The notes beneath the pieces are model-generated. The model did no database searches. It was not told where the DNA came from and worked only from the letters and a program-made list of their open reading frames with translations. From the IMG/VR virus record IMGVR_UViG_3300019487_000018, positions 133,459-193,297 of that record: a DNA stretch of 59,839 nt; one strand, given 5' to 3'. The stretch is from a virus. This document shows, piece by piece, positions 29,532 through 38,933 of the stretch (position 1 is its first letter; the number at the start of each line of letters is the position of its first letter). Made by a program: the position numbers and the translations under genes.

Positions 29532-29798
29532 TCAATGAAGTTCGACAACAGCGTATCGAGTTTTTTCAAGCAACTCGTCAAACGCGGCGTTAACAGTAGT
29601 GCTGTCTAGACGGAAACCAGCTCCTTCTTGTGGTCGTCCGTCATCGTCACAAGGCACACAATACATGCCGTTTCGACCTTCCATTACTGTAAAGCCAAAC
29701 AATGCAATCAGGCGCTTTTTTGCTGTCAACAGACAATCGACGTTGTCAAGGACGAGTTGGTCCTCTTCAAAATCAAGGTTCGTTGCTAGGTACTTCAT
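29532..29798 (-). CDS. Hypothetical protein
   Basis: 88-aa ORF in the minus-strand run. Confidence 0.55.
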   Translation of the reverse strand: MKYLATNLDFEEDQLVLDNVDCLLTAKKRLIALFGFTVMEGRNGMYCVPCDDDGRPQEGAGFRLDSTTVNAAFDELLEKTRYAVVELH

Positions 29799-29819
29799 CG
29801 TGTGTTTTCTTCGTATCGC

Positions 29820-30044
29820 TCACGAAGCGTTGGTTGGTCCATTATCTTCTCGAATAATTGTTAGAGCCTGCGATTTCTGAAGATCAGGCAGAAGACCTTC
29901 AGACACTGTTAGGCGCCACGTTCCGTCGGCAAGTGGGTCGAAGTGGAGAAATTCATTCTGGATCTTTAGAATCGTAAACCTTGAGATCTCTATTGTACGA
30001 CCTGTTCCTTCAAAACGAAACGTTCGACGAACGTTATTGGCCAT
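29820..30044 (-). CDS. Hypothetical protein
   Basis: ORF starting MANNVRRTF, in the minus-strand run. Confidence 0.5.
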   Translation of the reverse strand: MANNVRRTFRFEGTGRTIEISRFTILKIQNEFLHFDPLADGTWRLTVSEGLLPDLQKSQALTIIREDNGPTNAS

Positions 30045-30179
30045 ACTTAAGTACCACACGGCACTTCGAACAAATGAAGCACCACATCTTCTTGATTAGT
30101 TCTCCAACGTGGCCACATTGGTGGCATTTGACCGTGTTTTGATCTTGCGTCACCATTTGACGCCTCTTTTGCATGAATA

Positions 30180-30256
30180 TGGTCGGCGATGGAGGATTTG
30201 AACCTCCGGCCTCTTGCTCCCAAAGCAAGCAGTCTACCAGGCTGACCTAATCGCCG
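30180..30256 (-). tRNA. tRNA-Pro(UGG)
   Basis: CGGCGAT acceptor; anticodon arm CTTGC-TTTGGGA-GCAAG; GGTTCAAATCC; CCA. Confidence 0.93.
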
Positions 30257-30261
30257 AAACG

Positions 30262-30356
30262 TTCTTGAAATTCACAGCGTGTACTGCAGCGGCTTAGGCT
30301 CCCAATCGTAGCGATCTACTTGTGCACTTTCGATCTACCTTCGCTTGTTTCAAGAG
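30262..30356 (-). ncRNA. Candidate ~95-nt structured RNA between the tRNAs
   Basis: Terminal inverted repeat TCTTGAAA/TTTCAAGA with inner AGCG/CGCT; no credible ORF. Confidence 0.35.
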
Positions 30357-30360
30357 TTTC

Positions 30361-30484
30361 AAACAACAACCAAATCAGGATCAATGATTTGTGGACGTTT
30401 TGCTTACGGATATAGCCGTTACCGACTTTTTCGTCCGTTCGCTAAGGACGTGTCTTACTTCACCCTAGGAGGTCCATTGTTGTT
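30361..30484 (-). ncRNA. Candidate ~125-nt structured RNA directly 3' of tRNA-Ala
   Basis: Closing stem AACAACAA/TTGTTGTT; TGGAC/GTCCA; CGTCC/GGACG; AGTCG-GTAA-CGGCT; CAAATCA/TGATTTG. Confidence 0.6.
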
Positions 30485-30558
30485 TGGTGGAGGATGAGAG
30501 AGTCGAACTCTCGAGTACGCCGTGCAAAGGCGTCAGTTTCCCACTAGCTTAATCCCCC
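30485..30558 (-). tRNA. tRNA-Ala(UGC)
   Basis: GGGGGAT/ATCCTCC acceptor with G3:U70; anticodon arm ACGCC-TTTGCAC-GGCGT; CCA. Confidence 0.92.
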
Positions 30559-30766
30559 AAGGTCCATATTCCAGCATGTAATGACAAATTGCACATAAGA
30601 CTACACACTTTTCAATTTCTTGCCTAAGTTTCTCAAACGCTATGAACCAGCGTGAAGAAACAGCAAATTCTCCTATTTAAGGAGAGTGTAAAGCGAATTC
30701 GGGTCTGCCGCCTCCACCAGTTAGTTTTACGAAACTAACAAACTATTTAGGGATGTTACAGAAATA

Positions 30767-31048
30767 TCATTCAAGGGACAACGGGGTATTGTCAATCTGC
30801 CACTGAGTGTACAAAACAATTACCTTGAGTTCGACGTCTTTTTGATCCAAACTCGTGTAGACTAGCACGTCGAGTTTGTCTGTCTTGTGTTTGATTCGGA
30901 AGATGATTCGTCCGAAATCATCCTCGTGCTGCTTCCACATAGAGATCGATTTGCGGCTGATATCCTTACACGCCAGGATTGTTTGCTTGCCAGGAGCAGT
31001 GTCAAGGATCGCGCCAAAGGTGAAGAAATCGCTCATTTCAAATCGCAC
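30767..31048 (-). CDS. Hypothetical protein
   Basis: ORF coupled to the macro-domain gene. Confidence 0.55.
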   Translation of the reverse strand: MRFEMSDFFTFGAILDTAPGKQTILACKDISRKSISMWKQHEDDFGRIIFRIKHKTDKLDVLVYTSLDQKDVELKVIVLYTQWQIDNTPLSLE

Positions 31049-31503
31049 ACGTAGAAGGTAACTTTCTCATATCGATTTGCAATGTCTTCAAGTAGTGGAC
31101 CTACATCAATGTCCCATATAAGTCCACCAAGACCGCAGCCAAGACGCGGCATGGATACAGGAAGTTGATGAGCATCGGCAAATGCTGCGGTACCGAATAG
31201 AGTTTGTTTGATCGCGTCGCAGTTTGCGTAACGTTTTCCATCATTGCCGTAGTACACTTGCGTGTAGAGATTTCCAACGAACAAGTTTGGGGCAACTTTG
31301 ATAAAATGGAAACTTCCGAGCAGGCTTGCTTTTTTATCGGTTTCGATGTTTTGATCAACGGCACGGTAACGGTCGTACACCTCTGGCCACTTGTTCCGGA
31401 TCGCTAGTGCAACACCAGAGCCCATTCGTCCTTGACAGTTAACGCCGTGAACAACAATTCCTGTCTCAACTGTTGTCAAATCTTTAATTACGTACTCGAT
31501 CAC
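31033..31503 (-). CDS. Macro domain protein (ADP-ribose-processing, Poa1p/DarG-like)
   Basis: HGVNCQGRMGSGVA and MPRLGCGLGGLIW motifs. Confidence 0.88.
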   Translation of the reverse strand: MIEYVIKDLTTVETGIVVHGVNCQGRMGSGVALAIRNKWPEVYDRYRAVDQNIETDKKASLLGSFHFIKVAPNLFVGNLYTQVYYGNDGKRYANCDAIKQTLFGTAAFADAHQLPVSMPRLGCGLGGLIWDIDVGPLLEDIANRYEKVTFYVCDLK

Positions 31504-31584
31504 GTTCTTTCCACCTTTCGATTCTTGCTTGAGTGTCTTTCATCACAACTGTTCCTGCTGGGTGAGCTAGTTCGCCTAGTTTCA

Positions 31585-31974
31585 TTAGCATTCAACTACA
31601 GCACCACCTTCACCGTCCTCGTTTACTTCACACGTATCAAGTTTGAACTGTTTCAACAGTTCAGTGGCAAGCATTTCACAGCTCTGGGAGCCAAACAGCA
31701 AACACTGGTACTCTTTCGAAAAATATCTCTTATGTAAAAACTTCTTCATTTGATGTGCCAATTTGATAAATTCAATGTCCCTATCATTATGATAAACGGA
31801 TTTTGTTGCTATTACAAAGAACTGATGTCTGTGCAAGTTCTTCAAATACATTACTTCATCAATATCGCAGTTTGTCCAGCAATGAAGTCCTTCTACCTGA
31901 AAGCGAACTATAATGCGAGTACTCAATGTCGTTCTATTTCTTACAAAAGCAGTTTGATTCAAATTTTGTTTCAT
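31585..31974 (-). CDS. Putative T-fold QueD/6-pyruvoyl-tetrahydropterin synthase-like protein
   Basis: H...HRH metal-ligand pattern, DRDIEF, SCEMLA and VNEDGEGGA. Confidence 0.55.
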   Translation of the reverse strand: MKQNLNQTAFVRNRTTLSTRIIVRFQVEGLHCWTNCDIDEVMYLKNLHRHQFFVIATKSVYHNDRDIEFIKLAHQMKKFLHKRYFSKEYQCLLFGSQSCEMLATELLKQFKLDTCEVNEDGEGGAVVEC

Positions 31975-32333
31975 TTTATTGATATCCTTATTGCGGCCAA
32001 CTGTGGATGGCTTCGAATTGAACTTTACAATACACTGTTGTCAAGGCGTTAGACATTGTTTCTCCCCATTATCGATTTTATATGTAAATACGATTGTACC
32101 ACTTAACACGAGGACTGACAAGTGACGAAACAACCTACTGTCCACACTCGCATCAAACCACGCAGCAACGGTACATCTTCTCATCAACGCGAAAAGAGAG
32201 TCCACGCAACAACGAAGCATTACGACTGGGTTGCAAATACCTGTCAGAAGTTAAATGTCAAGCAGTTCGTATCGTTTTGACGGTTATATGTTATCGTAAG
32301 ATTTGGAATACAAAATTTGATACCGCTTGGACC

Positions 32334-32684
32334 CTATGCGGAGAAGGAGGACCCGCATCCACATGTTGAAGTAGCATTCGGATTGTGAATAGTGAATTGA
32401 GCGCCATTGAGATCTTCAAGATACTCAATAGTGGCACCAAGAAGATATTGAAAGCTCATCGGATCAACCAAGAACTTCACGCCGTCCTTTTCGATCACGG
32501 TATCGTCGTCAGCGATCTCTTTATCGAGCGTGAATCCATACTGGAAGCCGGAACAGCCTCCGCCTTGAACGAACACGCGAAGCATCAAGGAAGGATCCCC
32601 TTCTTCGGCGATCACTTCCTTGATTTTGTTAACAGAGGTAGGTGTAAATGTTATGAGATCCATATCTGTATTTATGAGATCCAT
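32334..32684 (-). CDS. erpA: A-type Fe-S cluster carrier (ErpA/IscA/HesB)
   Basis: [11 protein letters not shown] and [14 protein letters not shown]. Confidence 0.92.
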   Translation of the reverse strand: MDLINTDMDLITFTPTSVNKIKEVIAEEGDPSLMLRVFVQGGGCSGFQYGFTLDKEIADDDTVIEKDGVKFLVDPMSFQYLLGATIEYLEDLNGAQFTIHNPNATSTCGCGSSFSA

Positions 32685-32692
32685 ATCTGTAT
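32651..32692. repeat. 21-bp perfect tandem duplication covering the erpA promoter/start
   Basis: TTATGAGATCCATATCTGTAT occurs twice in tandem. Confidence 0.9.
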
Positions 32693-33202
32693 TTAGTGAG
32701 CCAAGCTGGCGGCGTTCACCGCTTGGATCAGAGCAAATTCAGCGAATGTGAATACGCCCTCGCCCACGGACAGCAGTCGGGTTTCACCGTTTGTCGGAAC
32801 AACGATGACATTGTGGCGATTGGATCCCGCATGTCTTGTGATTACCACCGTCTCTGGTTTGCGTACAAGCGCAGCGGCTTCGTACAGCCGTTCCGGTAGA
32901 ACCATTCCCACGCAAGTAATCGCTCGGTTGAGTGACTGTTCGTCTTCACTGAACGACGTGAAAGGAATTTGAGCTTCGTTTGCCAACTTTTCAAGTGACA
33001 CAACCATGTTGTTTAGATCGGCGGAATTACCACCGTTCAACACGATCATTGTCTTGTGACTCGTTGCCCACTCCCATAACAACGCCGACGCTTCGTCGTG
33101 GTTAATTGGATATTTCACGAACAACTCATGCAGGCAGTGCGCGGACTGAATCCCTTGCTGAATTGACGACAGGTAGAAGTTGCAGAAGAAGTAGGCACGC
33201 AT
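32693..33202 (-). CDS. Peptidyl-tRNA hydrolase 2-like phage protein
   Basis: IQQGIQSAH...W...KTMIVLNGG...F.EDE.SLN.AIT pattern. Confidence 0.55.
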   Translation of the reverse strand: MRAYFFCNFYLSSIQQGIQSAHCLHELFVKYPINHDEASALLWEWATSHKTMIVLNGGNSADLNNMVVSLEKLANEAQIPFTSFSEDEQSLNRAITCVGMVLPERLYEAAALVRKPETVVITRHAGSNRHNVIVVPTNGETRLLSVGEGVFTFAEFALIQAVNAASLAH

Positions 33203-33297
33203 AGTGAACTCCATGTATGGAAGTCGCCATGTTACTGGACTATCAAATTTAGGTCAACAACATAGTAACCCATAAATACTTGAAAAGGAGTAACCCT

Positions 33298-33732
33298 ATG
33301 GCCGCAATCACGTTTTACAACAAGTTCAAAGAAAACCAAATCGATGGCGATGCTGTTATAGATTTCGACACCGACACAATCAAGGTCATGTTGGTATCAA
33401 GCGCATATGTTCCGAACGTAGCCACGCACGATTTCAAAGATGACGTTACCAACGAAGTTGCTGGAACGAATTACGTTGCCGGTGGTGTTGCACTTGCCTC
33501 AAAAACAGTTGTTTTGGCAGGTAGCGTGGTCACGTTTGATGCGGCTGATGCAACATGGTTGCAGAGCCTTGCAGGATTCTCGAATGCACGTTACGGCGTC
33601 ATGTACAAAGACACAGGCGTTGCAGCAACAAGTCCTCTTATCGGTTATTTGAACTTCGTTACCGATAAAGGCAACGTGAGCGGTGATCTAGTAATTCAAT
33701 GGAGCGCGTCGGGCATCTTCGCGCTGTCATAA
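33298..33732 (+). CDS. Virion structural protein
   Basis: TAAATA at 33273-33278, AGGAG RBS; DTIKVML...EV.GTNY.AGG motif common in phage tail proteins. Confidence 0.7.
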   Translation: MAAITFYNKFKENQIDGDAVIDFDTDTIKVMLVSSAYVPNVATHDFKDDVTNEVAGTNYVAGGVALASKTVVLAGSVVTFDAADATWLQSLAGFSNARYGVMYKDTGVAATSPLIGYLNFVTDKGNVSGDLVIQWSASGIFALS

Positions 33733-33750
33733 TCTTGCTGGGGGCAAGAA

Positions 33751-34878
33751 ATGACTGTAATTGCGCAAGCGACGACGCAACCGCGCCATGCACATATCAG
33801 TTCATTGTGGCACGGGGAAGAAACCGTCTTCACCTCCACATCAATTATCCGTGCTGTTGCAACGGACAATGATTACTTCAAGCTAGACAACTTCGTTCTC
33901 GACATTCCTGTCAATACAACGATTAAAGGAATCGTCCTTGCGATTAACTACCGAATCGTTGGTCGTTGTGAAGTAGCCTTTGAAACGATTCAACTATTAA
34001 AGAACGGAATCCCAGTTGGATCAAATAAAGCCGATCCAACCAGTGCGCTCCCACCTCGAACAACAAGCGCGACCCCACCGGCCCGTTTTGGCAGTACCGC
34101 TGATTTGTGGGGGACAACTTGGACGCCGGCAGAAATAAACGACAACGAATTTGGCGTGCAAATTCGTGCTGTGGCACTAGCTCCATTGTTACCATCACTG
34201 TTTATTGACGGCGTTGACATTACGGTCTACTACGAAGGAAGTAGTCAGGCTGCTTTGGATCAATATACGATTCCATCGACAGCCGAGTTAAGCTTTTCCA
34301 CTGAAGAGCATAACGTGATTTCGTCGATCGCTGTTGACATGGCTAGCTTAACTCTGACGTCGTTTGAAGTTACAACTCCGGAATTAGTCACACTTGCTGT
34401 TTTGCAGCTTCAACCACAAGACGCAAAGATTGATGATCTCGTTTCGCCTGATACGGCGGCCTTGACTCTTAACTCGTTTGCCGCTGTTGTCGGCGGAATT
34501 GTTTCCGTCCCGGTACCTGCAGCGTTAAGCTTAGGAACTTTTAACGCTTTAATCGATGATCTAGTCGCACCTGACCTAGCTACACTTGCTTTGACTTCCC
34601 CACAAGCTAAGATCGACGATAGAGTCCTTGCTGTTGTAGGCAGTCTGGTTTTGGTTAGTTACGATGCTGCCGTGCTCTATCCCGAAATCATTTCTGTGGA
34701 AACAGCTGAACTGTTCCTACAAACGTTTGAGGTGAATACACCAACGATCATTCATGTCGCGTCGCCAGGAGCATCACTGACGCTGACGTCCTTCGAACAC
34801 GAAATTGTTGGTACAACACGCGTGTTTCCGGATCTTGGCACTCAAAGTTTTGAATCAGGTGACCACATAATTACGTAA
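33751..34878 (+). CDS. Virion structural/fibre-like protein
   Basis: FGSTADLWGTTWT.AEIN...FGV module followed by L.L.S repeats; co-transcribed with the previous gene. Confidence 0.65.
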   Translation: MTVIAQATTQPRHAHISSLWHGEETVFTSTSIIRAVATDNDYFKLDNFVLDIPVNTTIKGIVLAINYRIVGRCEVAFETIQLLKNGIPVGSNKADPTSALPPRTTSATPPARFGSTADLWGTTWTPAEINDNEFGVQIRAVALAPLLPSLFIDGVDITVYYEGSSQAALDQYTIPSTAELSFSTEEHNVISSIAVDMASLTLTSFEVTTPELVTLAVLQLQPQDAKIDDLVSPDTAALTLNSFAAVVGGIVSVPVPAALSLGTFNALIDDLVAPDLATLALTSPQAKIDDRVLAVVGSLVLVSYDAAVLYPEIISVETAELFLQTFEVNTPTIIHVASPGASLTLTSFEHEIVGTTRVFPDLGTQSFESGDHIIT

Positions 34879-34889
34879 TTTACTTACCA

Positions 34890-35123
34890 CTATTCGCCAC
34901 CGCCTCCGCCATCACCACCACCGTTACCACCATTGCCACTGCCATTACTACCACCTGGCATGCCCCAGTAGTAACCGCCAAAGCCACCAAAGCCACCAAA
35001 GCCATAGAACGTACCTGTGCGTGACTTCTTACGTCGTGAAGCAAATGTTAGGACTTTTGGCTTCCTACGCTTCGAATGTTTCTTCTTGCGCTTGCCTTCT
35101 GTAAGAACGTGTTCAAGCAACAT
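34890..35123 (-). CDS. Small basic, Gly-rich protein
   Basis: K/R-rich segment, then FGG repeats and a poly-Gly tail; coupled to the upstream gene. Confidence 0.6.
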   Translation of the reverse strand: MLLEHVLTEGKRKKKHSKRRKPKVLTFASRRKKSRTGTFYGFGGFGGFGGYYWGMPGGSNGSGNGGNGGGDGGGGGE

Positions 35124-35365
35124 TATTTGTCCCCTGCACGCTTACCAGATTTTGTCATATCGAACCACATGTTGCCAGCGACGTAAGATGGCTCTTTTGG
35201 TTCTTTCATGAATGGAACATCCTTCTTGGTGAGAGTAACTTTTGCTGCAGCCTTGCCACCACGCTTAGCTTTTTTCTTTGGTGCTTTCTTTGCTTTCTTT
35301 TTTGCAGCTTCTACCAATTGTTCCTGCTTTTCGTTGATGTCCAGCAGTTCTTTCAGGATGCTCAT
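35123..35365 (-). CDS. Small Lys/Ala-rich (histone-like) protein
   Basis: AAKKKAKKAPKKKAK; AGGAG RBS; TAAATA at 35390-35395. Confidence 0.7.
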   Translation of the reverse strand: MSILKELLDINEKQEQLVEAAKKKAKKAPKKKAKRGGKAAAKVTLTKKDVPFMKEPKEPSYVAGNMWFDMTKSGKRAGDK

Positions 35366-35423
35366 AGCTTTCTCCTTGTTCTCAGGAGATATTTAGTCAA
35401 CCAACGGGGTAAAATACGAAAGA

Positions 35424-35654
35424 TCAGTGTACAGATGCGGTTGCATGGGCTTCCAACCCAGCAAGAACGTCGTCTTTGTGGGCAAGAAGCTTGTCTGTGA
35501 TTTCAAAAAGTGTATCCCAATCTTTGTCGTCCGGAGTAAGACCAAGATCGAGCAAAAGTTGTCCAAGACAAAACACACGCTCGCCTTGTTCATATTGTTC
35601 GAGGACTGTTTTCAGGATCAAATACTGAACCAGAGCATCACGCTGCGTCTCCAT
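35424..35654 (-). CDS. Hypothetical protein
   Basis: AGGAG RBS; coupled ORF. Confidence 0.55.
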   Translation of the reverse strand: METQRDALVQYLILKTVLEQYEQGERVFCLGQLLLDLGLTPDDKDWDTLFEITDKLLAHKDDVLAGLEAHATASVH

Positions 35655-35910
35655 CAAGTTTCACTCCTAACTCAAGAGCACGCAGATGCATGTCTTGCAT
35701 GTCAACCTCAAGCTGAAGCAGGATGGCCGCCGCGTGGTCATAATGTGTAGTTGCCACACGAGCGTTAGCCGGATCTTCACGCATTGCGGCGTAATAGTTG
35801 ACCCGTTTCCTTGCCTGAGCTAATCGAATAGCAGCTTGTCGGTAATCCGACAAAAGCTTCTCACGTTCTTGATGTTCATTGCGTTCACGTTGGAACGAAT
35901 GTAGTTTCAT
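35638..35910 (-). CDS. Hypothetical protein
   Basis: TAAATA at 35932-35937; helical ORF. Confidence 0.6.
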   Translation of the reverse strand: MKLHSFQRERNEHQEREKLLSDYRQAAIRLAQARKRVNYYAAMREDPANARVATTHYDHAAAILLQLEVDMQDMHLRALELGVKLDGDAA

Positions 35911-35943
35911 AGGTTCACCTTTCGATGAACCTATTTACGTGAT

Positions 35944-36162
35944 TTACTTGTCGTCTTTCTTGAGAACAGCACCGTCTTTGTACTCTTGGACGATGACGTA
36001 ACCTGCTGGGAATGGCTTGACGTTTGTGATCAGACGCTTTCCTTCAGAATTGACAAGAACGTACACGTGTGGCGTATATGTTTCGTTGTTGACGATTGGG
36101 TCGTGGTTCGCTGCAAACGTGAAAGTTGGAACGAGAGCAAGCACGGCAAGTAGGGTTTTCAT
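35944..36162 (-). CDS. Small secreted protein
   Basis: AGGAG RBS; signal peptide MKTLLAVLALVPTFTFA. Confidence 0.6.
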   Translation of the reverse strand: MKTLLAVLALVPTFTFAANHDPIVNNETYTPHVYVLVNSEGKRLITNVKPFPAGYVIVQEYKDGAVLKKDDK

Positions 36163-36592
36163 AGGTAAAGTCTCCTTTATGAAATACTACGACGGCTTTT
36201 CAAGTTTGTCAAGCAGGCGATCCAGCTCCTGCTTGAAACGTAACGCACGAGCCTGTTCACACACTGCGTTTTCCAATGCGTGCTGGATTTTTGTACGCAG
36301 AATATTCACAGGAGGATGATCAATGATTTCGTACTCAGTGCCTCTGTACTTGTCGGAGTATGAATGATCTTGATCGATTTGCGTCAGACGTTCTTCTAGC
36401 TCATTCATTGAATACACTTCAATGTAGTCTGGATGGTTCTTGGTTGTCCACCACGCCCAGGTGGTCCAAACTTTGGCCCAAATCATACGATCACTGCCAC
36501 GACGGCGATGACAATCAGTACGGCAATAACGCCGAGCAATATCTTCACAACAGCGGTAGGCTCTTTTCCATAATTGTAGTCCATGATTATCC

Positions 36593-37207
36593 TCAGAACG
36601 GTTGAGTAGGTGGTTGATGTAATGCGCGCACAAGTTCAACTTGTGACATCAACACGTGTTTGATGTTTTCGTATGCCGGCTCTTGTTGTGGAAATTGTCG
36701 TCGAGCAATGCGCAACATTGGAAGAATGTACTCTTCCACTTCATCACAATAGTTTGTTTGTTTCTCTGGTGAGAATACTCCAACCATTGTTTGGACATTG
36801 TGGATTCGATCTGCGCCTTTACAAACCGAAGCAATTGGATCGGTAGCCATTGCAGCATAGTATTCAGTATTTGATTTCCCTTTCGTTTTCGTCAACAAGT
36901 CAACGCTAGCTCCAATTCTGTCGCCAAACATTTTGTAGATAGCATCGAGCGGCACAGGATGATCCTCAACAACGTCGTGCAGAAGTGCCGACGCAACAGT
37001 TTCCTGTGGCCAAAGAAGCGATGTGTGAATCGTTCGCAAATAGTGAGCAATTCGAATCTGATGTTCGAATTCGGGCGTAACTCTGTCTTTGCGAAATCCA
37101 ACATGTATCTCTGCTCCATATTCAAGAGCCTTGATTGCTGTGTACCACTGCCGTCCGAGCATCCAGTAACGCAACGTCAGTTTGAGTTTGTTGAAGTGGC
37201 CTCGCAT
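36593..37207 (-). CDS. HD-domain hydrolase, RelA/SpoT small alarmone hydrolase (Mesh1)-like
   Basis: H.G.RKD..P...H, ALLHDVVED, LLTK and KGADRIHN. Confidence 0.85.
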   Translation of the reverse strand: MRGHFNKLKLTLRYWMLGRQWYTAIKALEYGAEIHVGFRKDRVTPEFEHQIRIAHYLRTIHTSLLWPQETVASALLHDVVEDHPVPLDAIYKMFGDRIGASVDLLTKTKGKSNTEYYAAMATDPIASVCKGADRIHNVQTMVGVFSPEKQTNYCDEVEEYILPMLRIARRQFPQQEPAYENIKHVLMSQVELVRALHQPPTQPF

Positions 37208-37625
37208 ATTACCTCCAGTTCAATCCGTACACGTATTGAACGTTCGTGAACTGTCGCGATAGTGAAGACATGCTGCACAATTGTAGATCAGATCTTCGAT
37301 CATTGTTGGTGCTGGACGACACGCAAACAGCGTTTCGGGTGGTCCGAGATTGTCCGGATAAACTTCGAGGTCCTCAGCAGACGCCGTCGAGAACATGAGA
37401 ACCATGGCAATGATTGTTCTCATTTTTCCTCCATTAACACTTTGTGACGATCTTGAACAGACATCTTTGTCCAAATCTCTCGAAGCCAACCGTCAATTTC
37501 AGCGACCTCGGTGTCGTCTAAAATTCCCGATAGTTGCCCTTGTTCCAGATCTCGCTTCAACATTTGGTATTCTTCAACGAGCGTCAATTCTGCTGTCGGT
37601 TGAAAAACAACCTTCGTTTCTTGAC

Positions 37626-38030
37626 TCACATGACCTCCGTTTTCGGTCCTTCAAAAACAAGATAGTTGTCGCGAAGAACTCGCTCAACAGCAACTCCAAC
37701 AAGGTACATTTTGTTCGAATTGAGAGCGTTTGCACGTTCGAGTGGCTCGTAGGTTCCCTTTAGCCGTTCGTTAAAATCTGCAATGCGAAGTTGCGGAAGA
37801 AAGTACACAGTGATCTTCTCAGGATCTTCAACACGAACACTCACGCCAGTAGGCGACGGTGCAATGATTACATTGTTGTTATCGTCGATCAACGCAGCTA
37901 ACGCTTTGTGGAGGTTGAGAGCAAGTTGTTCGATCTCACCGACCTCTGTTCCTCCGAGGACAGTCATTGTCATTCCTGGGAATTGAGTTTTAAGCGCACT
38001 AACAACAGCATCAAGATCAGTCTTGTCCAT
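37626..38030 (-). CDS. Hypothetical protein
   Basis: GAGG RBS; 134 aa. Confidence 0.6.
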   Translation of the reverse strand: MDKTDLDAVVSALKTQFPGMTMTVLGGTEVGEIEQLALNLHKALAALIDDNNNVIIAPSPTGVSVRVEDPEKITVYFLPQLRIADFNERLKGTYEPLERANALNSNKMYLVGVAVERVLRDNYLVFEGPKTEVM

Positions 38031-38261
38031 TTAGTCCTCGAATTTCACTTTGAAACATACTCTGTCTTTCCAGCTTCGCCACACAAGCGCGGGAAACGAT
38101 TGTTTCTTCTTGTTTTTAACTTTGAAAGGGTTCTGATACAACTATAATGAAGAGGACCGTATGTGTTTGCAAGACGAAAATGCAACGACTGAGATTTCAT
38201 GTTACCCTCATAGGTTGACTTTCAGTATACATCAACCATTTCACCCAACCAACTCTGAACA

Positions 38262-38933
38262 CTATTGTTGAGGGAAGTTGGCACATGACTTGACGATTTC
38301 ATCACGGACCTTCATGATAAAATCGGTGCTGTGATAAACGTTCCACAGCACTTCACCCATACCTTTTGTAATGTCTTTGAATTCTGGATCGCAGTGGTGT
38401 TTGCGCGTTGGGTTGTAGGTCGCCTGTTTGTGATTCCAGTCGAACTCTCGCATGAGAAACAAGTAATGCGTTATCTCATGTCCAATCGCCCACGTCACAA
38501 GCAGACGATCTTCCATGTCAACTACTCGCGGAGCAATGCTGATTTGAATCGGATAGTTTGGCTCCTGTACCGTTGGATATTGCATTGCCATCCGAGCGAT
38601 TCGCGGCACTTCCCAATCGAGTGTGATTGGTGGGGGAGGAAGATCGTCTGGAGCACCAACACGCTTCTTTCCGTACTCCCATAGTCTGTTCACCAACTCG
38701 AGATCAATTGGAACAGGCGGAACAACGATCTGCTCGATTTGTGGCCCTGCAAAACATACCGTTGAAAACAGTGTGGTGATTATCGTGCAAACAGCATGCA
38801 CTGCTCGACGACAACTGTCCCTTGTGCAACTCCATACGGCGAGTCTTCTTTGAAGTAGCATTTTCCACTTGATGGTTCGTACCACAGGGTCCATAGCGAC
38901 TGCTCCTTCCATGTGATGTTGATCAGTTGCCAA
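38262..38933 (-). CDS. HExxH-containing hypothetical protein; true start probably near 38790
   Basis: GHEITH motif. The upstream part overlaps the lipoprotein gene. Confidence 0.5.
   Translation of the reverse strand: MATDQHHMEGAVAMDPVVRTIKWKMLLQRRLAVWSCTRDSCRRAVHAVCTIITTLFSTVCFAGPQIEQIVVPPVPIDLELVNRLWEYGKKRVGAPDDLPPPPITLDWEVPRIARMAMQYPTVQEPNYPIQISIAPRVVDMEDRLLVTWAIGHEITHYLFLMREFDWNHKQATYNPTRKHHCDPEFKDITKGMGEVLWNVYHSTDFIMKVRDEIVKSCANFPQQ

Noticed and set aside
30034-30228. 64-aa ORF overlapping tRNA-Pro
   Set aside because: Its 5' part is tRNA sequence. Only a short CxxC...CxxC ORF from ~30175 may be real, with too little support to call.
30690-30740. tmRNA/tRNA-Ala-like CTCCACCA on the plus strand followed by a hairpin
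   Set aside because: No convincing T-arm or matching 5' acceptor strand was found.
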